Positions 44,701 to 52,951 of a stretch of DNA of 64,000 bases are shown piece by piece. Where the stretch lies: contig CANFOZ010000003.1 of assembly GCA_947448795.1 (NCBI GenBank), forward strand, positions 3,492 through 67,491, in the 5' to 3' direction. Positions within the stretch are counted from its first letter, which is position 1; every line of letters starts with the position of its first letter. This DNA is from Bacteroidota bacterium (GTDB taxonomy: Bacteria > Bacteroidota > Bacteroidia > AKYH767-A > JAHEYN01). The translations under genes and the position numbers were made by a program. The notes beneath the pieces were generated by a model. It was given only the letters and a program-made list of their open reading frames with translations. It was not told where the DNA came from and did not search any database.

Positions 44701-45135
44701 ATTGCGACAGCAATTTTTACCCCACGAAAAAACCCATCCTGCAGCAGGAGGCACGCCACTTATTGTGATGGGATTGGACTCAAAAACAAACTCAAAGGTT
44801 GCACCTGGCTGCGGCAAAGCGGGCGGCGGCATCACTGTGGAACAGGATATTGCAGGCCCTTGAATGTTGCATCGCGGTGAAATCTCGACCGAATCAACGA
44901 TGTGCATCGGGATAGTGCTTAGCGTTGGATGATTTGTCACATCCAAATCAAACACAATATTAGAGGCCTGCACAGGGTAAAATCCGTTACAGTCCTTATA
45001 TATTTTCATCTGAAAAACATACTGGCCACTCGACAAGCACTTCCATGTTATCTCCCCTCCCATCAGGTGCGTAGCCCATGAATTGGAAAAGAAAAAAAGT
45101 AATAACACAAAAAAAAGCGCGCTTTTAAGCTTCAT
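41794..45135 (-). CDS. large secreted protein with T9SS type-B (gliding-motility-associated) C-terminal domain
   Basis: Signal peptide. 1113 aa, cysteine-rich. C-terminal ~85 aa (YTPNAFSPGGKNPVFFPIN...WDGTVDGQDAPVGVYVYLL) matches the type-B T9SS CTD pattern. TATTTTTG promoter box ~20 bp upstream of the ATG. Confidence 0.75.
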   Translation of the reverse strand: MKLKSALFFVLLLFFFSNSWATHLMGGEITWKCLSSGQYVFQMKIYKDCNGFYPVQASNIVFDLDVTNHPTLSTIPMHIVDSVEISPRCNIQGPAISCSTVMPPPALPQPGATFEFVFESNPITISGVPPAAGWVFSWGKNCCRNAAIQNLNNPATRGITLRAIMYPYNGQNTNPCFDSSPAFAERPAIAICAGYPFQYNHNASDDELDSLSFSWSQPLTDYTGASYPLAQPFPINTASGYSVSSPFPGPVLNPANVPAVLDPLSGQVSFTSFTTGNFVTVIKVSAFKCGQLVAEVFRDIQVILIPCGSNEPPLFYPPFANATAYDTTVIAGTVLDFKLLAIDSGWDPSGAFHQYLSFSATGQQFDPNFTNPAGGCLNPPCATLSPAPFPVTQLHDSLYFHWETSCNHLNYGNQGVGPCLNPVTNNRYTFVVIAKDDYCPAPALSISTFTINVLGLPLAESPDLRCASVLPNGDVQLSWIPGADPAGTFGDYMIYSATSSAGPFTRLDSSVTNLATNSWTHVGANASIQPRYYFIRTRSGCYGKVESYPTDTLHAIQLNVSNPGTGAAALSWNALHNPALPSSDGLYHIFRKVNSGTWTLIDSTISTSYLDPIFKCQDTVFYRIELNDSMPCTSVSSVDSDVFFDNTPPSIPIVDSVTVDPLTNRMHIGWEVSPDLDTRGYIIYHSVGLTNSYLDTVFGRTNTFYTTTFTSAKIDSFRVVAYDSCSNNSPFGLVHRTIRLNAGLNTCLQGAQLSWNAYINWSSGVQLYSIYASENGGPEFFVGSTTGTTFFHSPINVSSTYVYTVRAVSNTGSETSSSQLATLVAYVIQLPRFLYVRTATVEGDMKVRVDCHVDTAADVTAYKIMRSIALAGPYDTIATAPSTGSPLISVFDSVDTSLRSYFYKVSAVDICNERHLSDNYGKTILLQAKSNDDLTNTIYWSDYEDWSGGVQKYAIFRNYGNSWDTSPVSEVMAGTNSYTDDISAFITEDGNFCYYVKAVEDQSLNVYGFADTSLSNIACTVQGPRLYTPNAFSPGGKNPVFFPINAFVELESYHFVVFNRWGEAIFESRDPKAGWDGTVDGQDAPVGVYVYLLSMSGTNQHHIERKGTISLIR

Positions 45136-45428
45136 ACAGCTAGGGTAATATACAAAAATAGCGAATTTCTTGTCCTAAACGAAATTCCCAGCGTAATGGT
45201 ATTGGCAGCACATTTTCATTAGCGCGTTCTACCAAAGAATGGGAATAAGAATGCCTTCATGAGCATGCTGCAGAAGTCGGAAAAACAGGCAGACAGGGAC
45301 AGCTTCTTGCTAAAAAAGACGTATCGATATATGTTGACGGTCTATAACATCATACGCCATCAAGCTGAAGGCGGCTTGCGCAAGCACTTTCCAAGTTTGA
45401 ATGGAAAGATTGGAATTAATACATCGAA

Positions 45429-46715
45429 TTAACTACCAGCTGTAACTTGGAAGAAGCTACCATCGGCATAATACTTAAGGGCCAATTGTTGCAATTCTTC
45501 AGGACGAATGCTTTTTAGTTTTTTGAAATAAGTCTCGTAGTAGTCGTACCCTTGATTGTACTTCAAAATAGCAGCAAAGCGGTCGGCAAGGGCAAATGGC
45601 CCATCAATTCCGCGAAGAAAAGATCCCGACAAATAATTTCTAACCAATTGCAATTCTTCTTCAGGCACCAACTCTTCGCGCAGCAGCTTGATCTCATTAA
45701 AAATTTCCTGCATGGCATCTTTACCCACAGAGACACCTACTTCGGTTGCGATGTTCATCGATGCACCTTGCAGATGGGAGGAAATGGACGAGTGAATGCC
45801 ATACGTGTAGCCTTTGTCTTCACGGATATTGGACATCAATCGAGAGCCAAAGTAACCACCTAAAACGGTATTTAAAATCAAGAGCCCTTGATAGTCGGGA
45901 TGCGTACGGTTTGGAACAATTTTACCCACACGCAATGCTGCTTGCACAGCCTTGTCCTTTTTTACAAGGTGCTCGTGTTCGCTAGCTGGGTGCGCAATAC
46001 GCTGTGGCACCTCATCAGTGATTGTTTTAGCTAGGCTAATTTTACCAAAGACGGAGTTAATCGTTTTTATAACTTCATCATCCACCTGGCCAGATACAAT
46101 CATTTTCGCATCCGCAAGACGGTACTGTTTTTTATAAAAATTCATCAGGTCAGCACTTGTCAATTGATCGTAGTCTTTTGCTGTATTGACTTGACCGTAA
46201 GGATGCTGCTCGCCAAATAGCACCTGCTGCATTTTATGACTGGCAAGCACTTCCACCCGATCCAGGTTCTGAATCAACTTTTCTTTGTTGTTTTGTTTGA
46301 ACACTGCCAACTCATGCTCAGGGAAGATGGAGTCGGTAAGCAACTCGTGCATGAGAGGCAAGATGCTCGCCAAGTGTTTCACTTGCGCATAAAGAGTCAC
46401 TTCTGCAAAGTCAAGGTCGCTTTTCTTTTGAATATAGGCGCCGTAGAAATCGATTGCATCGGCAATCTGAGAGGAATCGTGTTTAGAAGTTCCGTCATCC
46501 AACATCGAATTGGTTGCATAGGCCACAAGCGCTTTGGTCTGATACCATTTTCCAGCCGGAAAAAGAATATCGAGACGCACCACAGGCTGAACGCCGCCGC
46601 GAATGCTGAATAGCGGGATTCCATTATCAAGTGTGTGCGGCTCGGCACGCAGCATATTTACTTCGTTTATCTCTCCGAACTCCGGAGCTGTCACGCGGTC
46701 AAGTTTTTGGCTCAT
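45429..46715 (-). CDS. M16-family peptidase subunit lacking HxxEH (probable non-catalytic partner)
   Basis: 428 aa, insulinase fold similarity, no zinc-binding HxxEH. Immediately downstream of the active M16 gene. Confidence 0.7.
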   Translation of the reverse strand: MSQKLDRVTAPEFGEINEVNMLRAEPHTLDNGIPLFSIRGGVQPVVRLDILFPAGKWYQTKALVAYATNSMLDDGTSKHDSSQIADAIDFYGAYIQKKSDLDFAEVTLYAQVKHLASILPLMHELLTDSIFPEHELAVFKQNNKEKLIQNLDRVEVLASHKMQQVLFGEQHPYGQVNTAKDYDQLTSADLMNFYKKQYRLADAKMIVSGQVDDEVIKTINSVFGKISLAKTITDEVPQRIAHPASEHEHLVKKDKAVQAALRVGKIVPNRTHPDYQGLLILNTVLGGYFGSRLMSNIREDKGYTYGIHSSISSHLQGASMNIATEVGVSVGKDAMQEIFNEIKLLREELVPEEELQLVRNYLSGSFLRGIDGPFALADRFAAILKYNQGYDYYETYFKKLKSIRPEELQQLALKYYADGSFFQVTAGS

Positions 46716-46716
46716 C

Positions 46717-47958
46717 TTATTTTTTTTCAGCTAGGTAATAAAGGGTGGATGAATTCTCCTTGCGGAAGATTTGGGCAGAGCGATCGCGGATCATCTCGGC
46801 AGTAACGCGCTGGTATTGCTCAAGCTCTTCATTTGCCATATTGGCGTCGCCCATCAATTCAGCGAAACAAAGATTCATAGCGACATTCAGCACATTCATT
46901 TCAGCGAACATCAAGTTGGAGGAGATTTTGTTTTTTACTTTCTCCAACTCTTCATCGGAGATGAGCTCGGTGGTCATCTTCGCAATTTCTGCATCCAGCG
47001 CGGCCTCGGCCACTTCCATGGAAACACCTTCGCTCAACTTGCCTTCGGCGATAACTAATCCTTTGTCTTGATCGCCAGTAAGATAAATATCTACCTCGCT
47101 AAAGAGCTGTTTATTTTTCACCAACTCCTTATAAATGCGTGAGGAGAAACCATCTGAAAGCACATCTGTCAACAGATCTTCTGTATAATACGCATCATCG
47201 ATTCGACCAGCGGAATGATAACATTTTACGATGCAATCGTAAGGCACCGGCTTATACACCGTTTGCACGCGTGCTTCTGTTTGAGCAGGCTCAACAGGCA
47301 GATTGCGTTTATAATCTTCACCGCGTTGTATTCCTCCGAACCACTTTTCAGTTAATGCTTTCACCTGATCGTGAGTAACATTACCTGCTACACAAAGGAT
47401 TGCGTTGTTCGGATTATAAAACTTTTTAAAGAAGTTTTTTACATCCGTCATGCTTGCATTCGCAACATGATCAATGCTTTTTCCGATGGTTGCCCATTGG
47501 TAGGGATGCACTTTATAAGCCAATGGACGCAGCAGCAGCCAGAGATCGCCGTAGGGTTGACTTAAGTAACGCTCATTGAACTCCTCAATAACTACATTGC
47601 GTTGCACATCCAAACTCTTTTGAGAGAATGCGAGGTTGTTCATACGGTCAGACTCAAGCCAAAAAGCCGTCTCGAGATTTGCCGCGGGCAGCGTCATGTA
47701 GTAGTTGGTGATGTCGTTGGAAGTGAAGGCATTGTTATCCCCACTAGCCATTTGAAGCGGTTCGTCGAAACTTGGGATATTTTCGGATCCACCGAACATA
47801 AGGTGTTCGAAAAGATGTGCAAAGCCGGTGCGATCCGAACTCTCGTCGCGAGCACCCACATCGTAGAGTAGATTAAAAACGGCAAGCGGAGTGGTGGTAT
47901 CCTGATGGACGATCACGCGTAAACCGTTGTCGAGCGTGAATTTGGTGAAATTTATCAT
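46717..47958 (-). CDS. M16-family zinc peptidase (pitrilysin-like, active)
   Basis: HLFEHLMFGGS contains the inverted zincin motif HxxEH. 413 aa. Confidence 0.8.
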   Translation of the reverse strand: MINFTKFTLDNGLRVIVHQDTTTPLAVFNLLYDVGARDESSDRTGFAHLFEHLMFGGSENIPSFDEPLQMASGDNNAFTSNDITNYYMTLPAANLETAFWLESDRMNNLAFSQKSLDVQRNVVIEEFNERYLSQPYGDLWLLLRPLAYKVHPYQWATIGKSIDHVANASMTDVKNFFKKFYNPNNAILCVAGNVTHDQVKALTEKWFGGIQRGEDYKRNLPVEPAQTEARVQTVYKPVPYDCIVKCYHSAGRIDDAYYTEDLLTDVLSDGFSSRIYKELVKNKQLFSEVDIYLTGDQDKGLVIAEGKLSEGVSMEVAEAALDAEIAKMTTELISDEELEKVKNKISSNLMFAEMNVLNVAMNLCFAELMGDANMANEELEQYQRVTAEMIRDRSAQIFRKENSSTLYYLAEKK

Positions 47959-47980
47959 TGTAAAATGCTATTGATATCGT

Positions 47981-49015
47981 TTATAAAAGTAGTCCTTTTA
48001 ATTCACTCTGTGCCTGATTAAACTCTTTCACCAGGTCGTTTACAATTTCGTCAACGGTTAAGATGCTATTAAAAAGGGCGGCGATCTGACCTATTTCGAG
48101 TTCCCCTTCGTCGAGGTCGCCTTCGAACATGCCTTTTTTAGCACGCGCACGCCCCAGTATTTCTTGCAATTCCGCAGCCGATGCACCACGACTCTCCGCC
48201 TCTTCCACTTGCTTAAAGAATGCATTTTTAACTAGGCGCACAGGCACTAGTTTCTTTAATGCCAATTGGGTATCGCCTTCCTTTAAATCAATAATTTTTT
48301 GCTTGAAAGCCTCGTGCATAGACGATTCTACAGAGGCAGCGAATCGACTGCCCACTTGAACACCTTCGGCACCAAGTGCGAAAGCAGCGAGCATGGTCCT
48401 CCCTGTTCCTATCCCACCAGCAGCAATGAGTGGAATATCGAGCACTTGACGAACCATCGGTATCAGGCATAATGTTGTCGTCTCATCACGACCGTTGTGC
48501 CCACCCGCTTCGAAGCCTTCGGCAACCACAGCGTCAACCTTCGCATCTTGCGCCTTGCGTGCAAATGCAGCACTAGAAACGACATGCGCCACTTTTATTC
48601 CATGCTCCTTTAAATGTGACGTCCATGTTTTTGGGTTACCAGCAGAAGTAAATACGATGGGCACTTTCTCTTCGACAATGATTTGCATTAACTCTTCCAC
48701 CTGTGGATAAATCAGTGCCACATTAACACCAAAAGGCCTGTCGGTAGCCAACTTGCATTGGCGAATATGCGCGCGAAGCACCTCTGGATACATGGATGCG
48801 GAGCCTATTAATCCGAGACAACCTGCATTGGAGGCAGCTGCGGCTAGTCTCCAGCCACTGGTCCAGATCATGCCTGCTTGGATGATCGGATACTTGATAC
48901 CGAAAAGTTTGGTGACGGTGTTTTCCACGCTACTTATTTTATGTACTGAAAAATCTTCGACAGCGGTTTGAAGAGTAGCGTCCAAGGATAAGGACGTAAA
49001 CCATTGATGGTCCAT
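47981..49015 (-). CDS. nitronate monooxygenase / 2-nitropropane dioxygenase family flavoprotein (FabK-like); start uncertain
   Basis: LFGIKYPIIQAGMIWTSGWRLAAAASNAGCLGLIG is a typical NMO N-terminal FMN-binding region. The called ATG overlaps the upstream GT2 gene by 82 bp. An in-frame GTG at 48928 would remove the overlap. Confidence 0.7.
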   Translation of the reverse strand: MDHQWFTSLSLDATLQTAVEDFSVHKISSVENTVTKLFGIKYPIIQAGMIWTSGWRLAAAASNAGCLGLIGSASMYPEVLRAHIRQCKLATDRPFGVNVALIYPQVEELMQIIVEEKVPIVFTSAGNPKTWTSHLKEHGIKVAHVVSSAAFARKAQDAKVDAVVAEGFEAGGHNGRDETTTLCLIPMVRQVLDIPLIAAGGIGTGRTMLAAFALGAEGVQVGSRFAASVESSMHEAFKQKIIDLKEGDTQLALKKLVPVRLVKNAFFKQVEEAESRGASAAELQEILGRARAKKGMFEGDLDEGELEIGQIAALFNSILTVDEIVNDLVKEFNQAQSELKGLLL

Positions 49016-49686
49016 GCTTGGCGATCCTCTCTATTCGCTTTGTATTTTGCCATTAAATTACTGTTTCCAAATCCGCCAGTACGCATTTTTACCAAAACAC
49101 TAGGGATGTAGGCTATGCGGATGGCATGCTTGTGTATAATGCGCAGCATCAACTCATAGTCTGCTGCATAACGCAAGGTTGTATTAAAAACACCAAAGCG
49201 TTCATAGACATCACGCTTAACAAAAAAGGCGGGATGAGGAGGCATCCATCCGTTTAGAAAACCTCCCTTTTTGTATACACCTGAATGCCATTTTCGAACC
49301 ACTTGCTCGGTGTTTTCTTTATCCACATAAACCAAGTCGCCATAAACCGCCTCCGCATTTTTTTGTTCAAAGCATGCGGCAACTTTTGATAGGGTGTTTT
49401 TATCGGCATAGAAATCATCCGAATTAAGAATGGCCACAACATCACCAGTTGCGAAGGAGATTCCCTTGTTAATAGCATGATACAAACCCTCGTCTGGCTC
49501 CGAAAGAAACAACTTTAGTTTTTTGCGATACCGTTCAGCAATTGCAGCCGTTGTATCTGTTGATGCCCCATCGACAATAATATACTCCACATCTCCATGG
49601 TCTTGATCTAAAACAGATACTATCGTTTGCTCGATGGTATTTGCGCTGTTAAAACAAACGGTGATAACGGATATTTTCATGGGCAT
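48934..49686 (-). CDS. family 2 glycosyltransferase
   Basis: KISVITVCFNSANTIEQTIVSVLDQDHGDVEYIIVDGASTD is a GT-A fold signature with DxD. Confidence 0.8.
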   Translation of the reverse strand: MPMKISVITVCFNSANTIEQTIVSVLDQDHGDVEYIIVDGASTDTTAAIAERYRKKLKLFLSEPDEGLYHAINKGISFATGDVVAILNSDDFYADKNTLSKVAACFEQKNAEAVYGDLVYVDKENTEQVVRKWHSGVYKKGGFLNGWMPPHPAFFVKRDVYERFGVFNTTLRYAADYELMLRIIHKHAIRIAYIPSVLVKMRTGGFGNSNLMAKYKANREDRQAWTINGLRPYPWTLLFKPLSKIFQYIK

Positions 49687-49702
49687 TCAACAGGTAATTC
49701 TC

Positions 49703-50272
49703 TTACTGGATCTGGCGCGCCTTTACTTTGTCTGCCGGATTTCCAGCATACACAAAAAAGGCCTCGAGATCTTTAGTGGCATTGGATTTAGCAGTAAGCA
49801 CAGCATGCTCACCACAAGTAACACCCGGGCATACCAAGCCTTGCGCCCCTATCCAAGCACCATTGCTGATAACAATAGGCTTTGTTATAAGATCAAAGGT
49901 AGATTTGCTATAATCGTGGTTTCCCGTTAGCAAAAAAGCACCTTGTGATATACATACATGGGATCCGATAGTTACTTGAGCTAGATTGTCAATCCAAACC
50001 TGCTCTCCAATCCATACATGATTGCCAATAGCTAATTTCCAAGGGTATTTGATATTGACACCCGGCTTGATGATAAGACCAACTCCAACTTTAGCGCCAA
50101 AAGCACGCAAGAGGAATCTTTTCATTCCATAAAACGGGAAGAGATAGGAACGAAAAACCAGGGCGTTAACATAGAACCACAGCAACCTTGACAAGGACGA
50201 ACCACCGGGCTGAAAATGCCGGTTATCGAAACGACTCAAATCGGTTGTATTACTATTTTCCAAAGTATTCAA
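49703..50272 (-). CDS. hexapeptide-repeat acetyltransferase, WcaF-like
   Basis: 189 aa. Close pattern match to colanic-acid acetyltransferase WcaF (LLRAFGAKVGVGLIIKPGVNIKYPWKLAIGNHVWIGEQVWIDNLAQVTIGSHVCISQ). Confidence 0.8.
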   Translation of the reverse strand: MNTLENSNTTDLSRFDNRHFQPGGSSLSRLLWFYVNALVFRSYLFPFYGMKRFLLRAFGAKVGVGLIIKPGVNIKYPWKLAIGNHVWIGEQVWIDNLAQVTIGSHVCISQGAFLLTGNHDYSKSTFDLITKPIVISNGAWIGAQGLVCPGVTCGEHAVLTAKSNATKDLEAFFVYAGNPADKVKARQIQ

Positions 50273-50442
50273 TTAGAAAACAAAGGTAGTAAGAAAGCGG
50301 AGTTTCGAAAAGCCTAATTAGACGCAATTTTACTGCTTTTACAAACAAAACAAAGGCCAAATTGAGGCGGAGAATAGACATCAAATTATTCGTATTTTTA
50401 CAACCTTGCCGTGTTTATTTCCAAATTCAAGGCACACTATAC

Positions 50443-51336
50443 ATGATAACGCATCACACTTTTCGCAACTATAGCCTGCAGGCCTTTATGGCCTTGCTGT
50501 TGTTGTTAAGTGTGCATGCGTTAAAAGCACAAAAGTCGGCTGAGGATTTCTATCAGAACGGGCAGAAAAAGATGCGATCCATTGATTTCAGCGGGGCGGT
50601 TGGCGACTTTAGCAAGGCCATCGAATTAAAGCCCAATTACGCGGAAGCCTATTTCAAGCGAGGTTCAGCGAAAGACGGCTTGGAAGATTACCGCGGGGCT
50701 ATACAGGATTATAACAAAGCGTTGGAGTTGCGGCCAAAATGGAGCGAGGTTTACTTCAACCGCGGTACGGCCAAATATTTTCTAAAAGATTTCGATGGGG
50801 GTTGTGAGGATTTCTCTGAAGCTGGCAAGCTAGGTGACACCACCGCTTATTCATTCATGCGTCAATACTGCAAATCCGACTATTTAAAGAAAGAGGCCGA
50901 TGAGTTTTATAAAGATGGCTTGAACAAATACAACACAGGAAACTACGAGGCCGCCATCGTCGAGTTCGGGCATACTATTTCAGTGAATGCAAACTATACC
51001 GACGCCTATTTCTCGCGTGCCAAATGCAAATCGAAGTTAAAGGATTTTCGAGGAGCTATTCGCGATTACTCGAAGGCAATCGACCTGCGGCCTGATTACA
51101 CAAAAGCGTATTTCAATCGCGCTTTTGCACGGAGCGAAATGGAAGACTATGAGAATGCCATATACGATTACACAAAAGCCATAAAGCTTGACCCAAATTA
51201 TACGTCTGCATACTTTAATCGAGGAAACGCAAAATTTAAACTGGGCGAAAAAGACAGCGCCTGTGAAGACTTTAGCAAGGCAGGCGAACTAGGCGATGCA
51301 GATGCGTACAAAATCATCAAGCAGTATTGCAAATAA
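50443..51336 (+). CDS. TPR-repeat protein, secreted (start at internal Met with a signal peptide)
   Basis: Multiple 34-aa TPR units (AEAYFKRGSAKDGLEDYRGAIQDYNKALEL and similar), each ending in YxxAIxDYxKAIxL. Signal peptide MITHHTF...ALKAQ. Confidence 0.75.
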   Translation: MITHHTFRNYSLQAFMALLLLLSVHALKAQKSAEDFYQNGQKKMRSIDFSGAVGDFSKAIELKPNYAEAYFKRGSAKDGLEDYRGAIQDYNKALELRPKWSEVYFNRGTAKYFLKDFDGGCEDFSEAGKLGDTTAYSFMRQYCKSDYLKKEADEFYKDGLNKYNTGNYEAAIVEFGHTISVNANYTDAYFSRAKCKSKLKDFRGAIRDYSKAIDLRPDYTKAYFNRAFARSEMEDYENAIYDYTKAIKLDPNYTSAYFNRGNAKFKLGEKDSACEDFSKAGELGDADAYKIIKQYCK

Positions 51337-51352
51337 AAGCGCTAACGCAAAA

Positions 51353-51721
51353 TTAAAAGCTTACTGGCTCCTCTTCTAATTCGGGTGGTTCTTTGTTAAA
51401 CTCAATGTTCAAAGGATATAAGTTTGAGTCCTCCGCTAACCGCATTAGCTCCTTGTCGCTAACTAACAGCAAGGCGTGTAATTTAAATTGCAGTACGGAT
51501 TGAATGATGTCTGTTTTAACAGCTTGAGCACCCGGTATTCGTTTAACTTTAGCTGTTAATGAATCATAACACGAACGACACGGCGAAGCTTCCACTTGAA
51601 GTCGAATATACACCATGATATAACTCGGATCGTCTTTGCTTTCGGTATCTTGCCCGAAGGCTGAGCCAAAAGCAAAAAAAGCAAAGAGAAATAATAGGAT
51701 TAGTAAGCGATATCGCATCAT
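51353..51721 (-). CDS. hypothetical small secreted protein
   Basis: 122 aa, signal peptide MMRYRLLILLFLFAFFAFGSAFGQ, no recognisable domain. Confidence 0.4.
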   Translation of the reverse strand: MMRYRLLILLFLFAFFAFGSAFGQDTESKDDPSYIMVYIRLQVEASPCRSCYDSLTAKVKRIPGAQAVKTDIIQSVLQFKLHALLLVSDKELMRLAEDSNLYPLNIEFNKEPPELEEEPVSF

Positions 51722-51820
51722 GTTGCAAATATCGAATGCTATGCGACCAAGAAATATGATTTAGCGCACTTCCTATTATTCACGTCCTTTTGAAAAAATA
51801 GAAATACCTTTGAAATAGAT

Positions 51821-52453
51821 ATGACGATTTATCTAATGTTAATTACAGGCGCATTTTCCATACTCGGCTTCAGCCGCGCAAGGATAATCGCTCGCTTCGA
51901 TTTCAACCCATCCCGCATAGTTCATAAGCGAGAGGTCTACCGACTGCTAAGCAGCGGCTTCCTGCATGCCGATTGGCTGCACTTGGCCCTGAATATGTTC
52001 GTGCTCTTTAACTTTGGTCCCTTGGTGGAATCACACTATACTGACATTGCCGGAGAAAAGGGGCCTTACCTGTTTTTGATCATGTATTGCACAGCCATCG
52101 TGGCCTCTATACTTCCAACCCTCAACAAACACAAAAACAACAGCTATTACCACGGCCTTGGCGCATCGGGGGCTGTATCTGCTGTGCTCTTTTCGTCTGT
52201 CTTATTTAGGCCGATGGATAAGCTCTGTTTTATTTTCGGTCTATGCCTGCCTGGTATTTTAATGGGTGCTGGCTACCTACTCTATTCGTATTACGCGGCT
52301 CGCAAATCGCAAGACCATATCAACCACGATGCGCATTTTTGGGGTGCCTTGTATGGCATTCTCTTTAGTTTAGCCATTCATCCAGCCATTGGCCTCAACT
52401 TTTTAAATCAAATACAAGCCGCAGGGTGGAGTGGTTTTTTACCTGGGCATTAA
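51821..52453 (+). CDS. rhomboid-family intramembrane serine protease
   Basis: Six TM segments, GLGASGAVSAVLF (GxSG catalytic Ser) and a downstream His in a TM segment (AHFWGALYGILF). Confidence 0.75.
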   Translation: MTIYLMLITGAFSILGFSRARIIARFDFNPSRIVHKREVYRLLSSGFLHADWLHLALNMFVLFNFGPLVESHYTDIAGEKGPYLFLIMYCTAIVASILPTLNKHKNNSYYHGLGASGAVSAVLFSSVLFRPMDKLCFIFGLCLPGILMGAGYLLYSYYAARKSQDHINHDAHFWGALYGILFSLAIHPAIGLNFLNQIQAAGWSGFLPGH

Positions 52454-52468
52454 CATATATCTGACAAG

Positions 52469-52951
52469 ATGAACAAAGCCGTATTTCTAGATCGCGATGG
52501 CGTCATAAACAGAGAGTTGGGCGACTACGTCAAGAACCCAGCGAGCTTTCTGCTTAATGATGGTGTTGGCGAAACGCTTCGCAAATGGGCAGAAGATGGA
52601 TATCTACTCATTGTCATCACTAATCAAGGCGGAATTGCAAAAGGACTCTACAGCGAAAAAACCTTGCATGCCATACACGAGAAGATGCTGCAACTTCTGG
52701 CGCAAGATGATGTTACCTTGACTGCCATCTATCATTGCCCGCATCATCCATCTACCGGTGAATGCTTATGCCGCAAACCCGACTCCTTACTTCTTGAGAA
52801 GGCACTTGCCCGTTTTCATATTGACCCGGCAAAATCATTTTTCATCGGCGACAAGGAACGCGACATCCTTGCAGGATTAAAAGCAGGGGTAAAAGGCATT
52901 CGCATTGAGCCCAATGCACCACTCTCTGATATTAACCTTTACAACGCATAA
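52469..52951 (+). CDS. gmhB: D-glycero-D-manno-heptose 1,7-bisphosphate 7-phosphatase (HAD-IIIA)
   Basis: VFLDRDGVIN is HAD motif I. CPHHP...C...C zinc-binding loop. 160 aa. Confidence 0.8.
   Translation: MNKAVFLDRDGVINRELGDYVKNPASFLLNDGVGETLRKWAEDGYLLIVITNQGGIAKGLYSEKTLHAIHEKMLQLLAQDDVTLTAIYHCPHHPSTGECLCRKPDSLLLEKALARFHIDPAKSFFIGDKERDILAGLKAGVKGIRIEPNAPLSDINLYNA

Noticed and set aside
45259-45432. 57-aa ORF as a real small protein gene
   Set aside because: It has no RBS or promoter context and overlaps the neighbouring gene end. I kept it only as a low-interest note.
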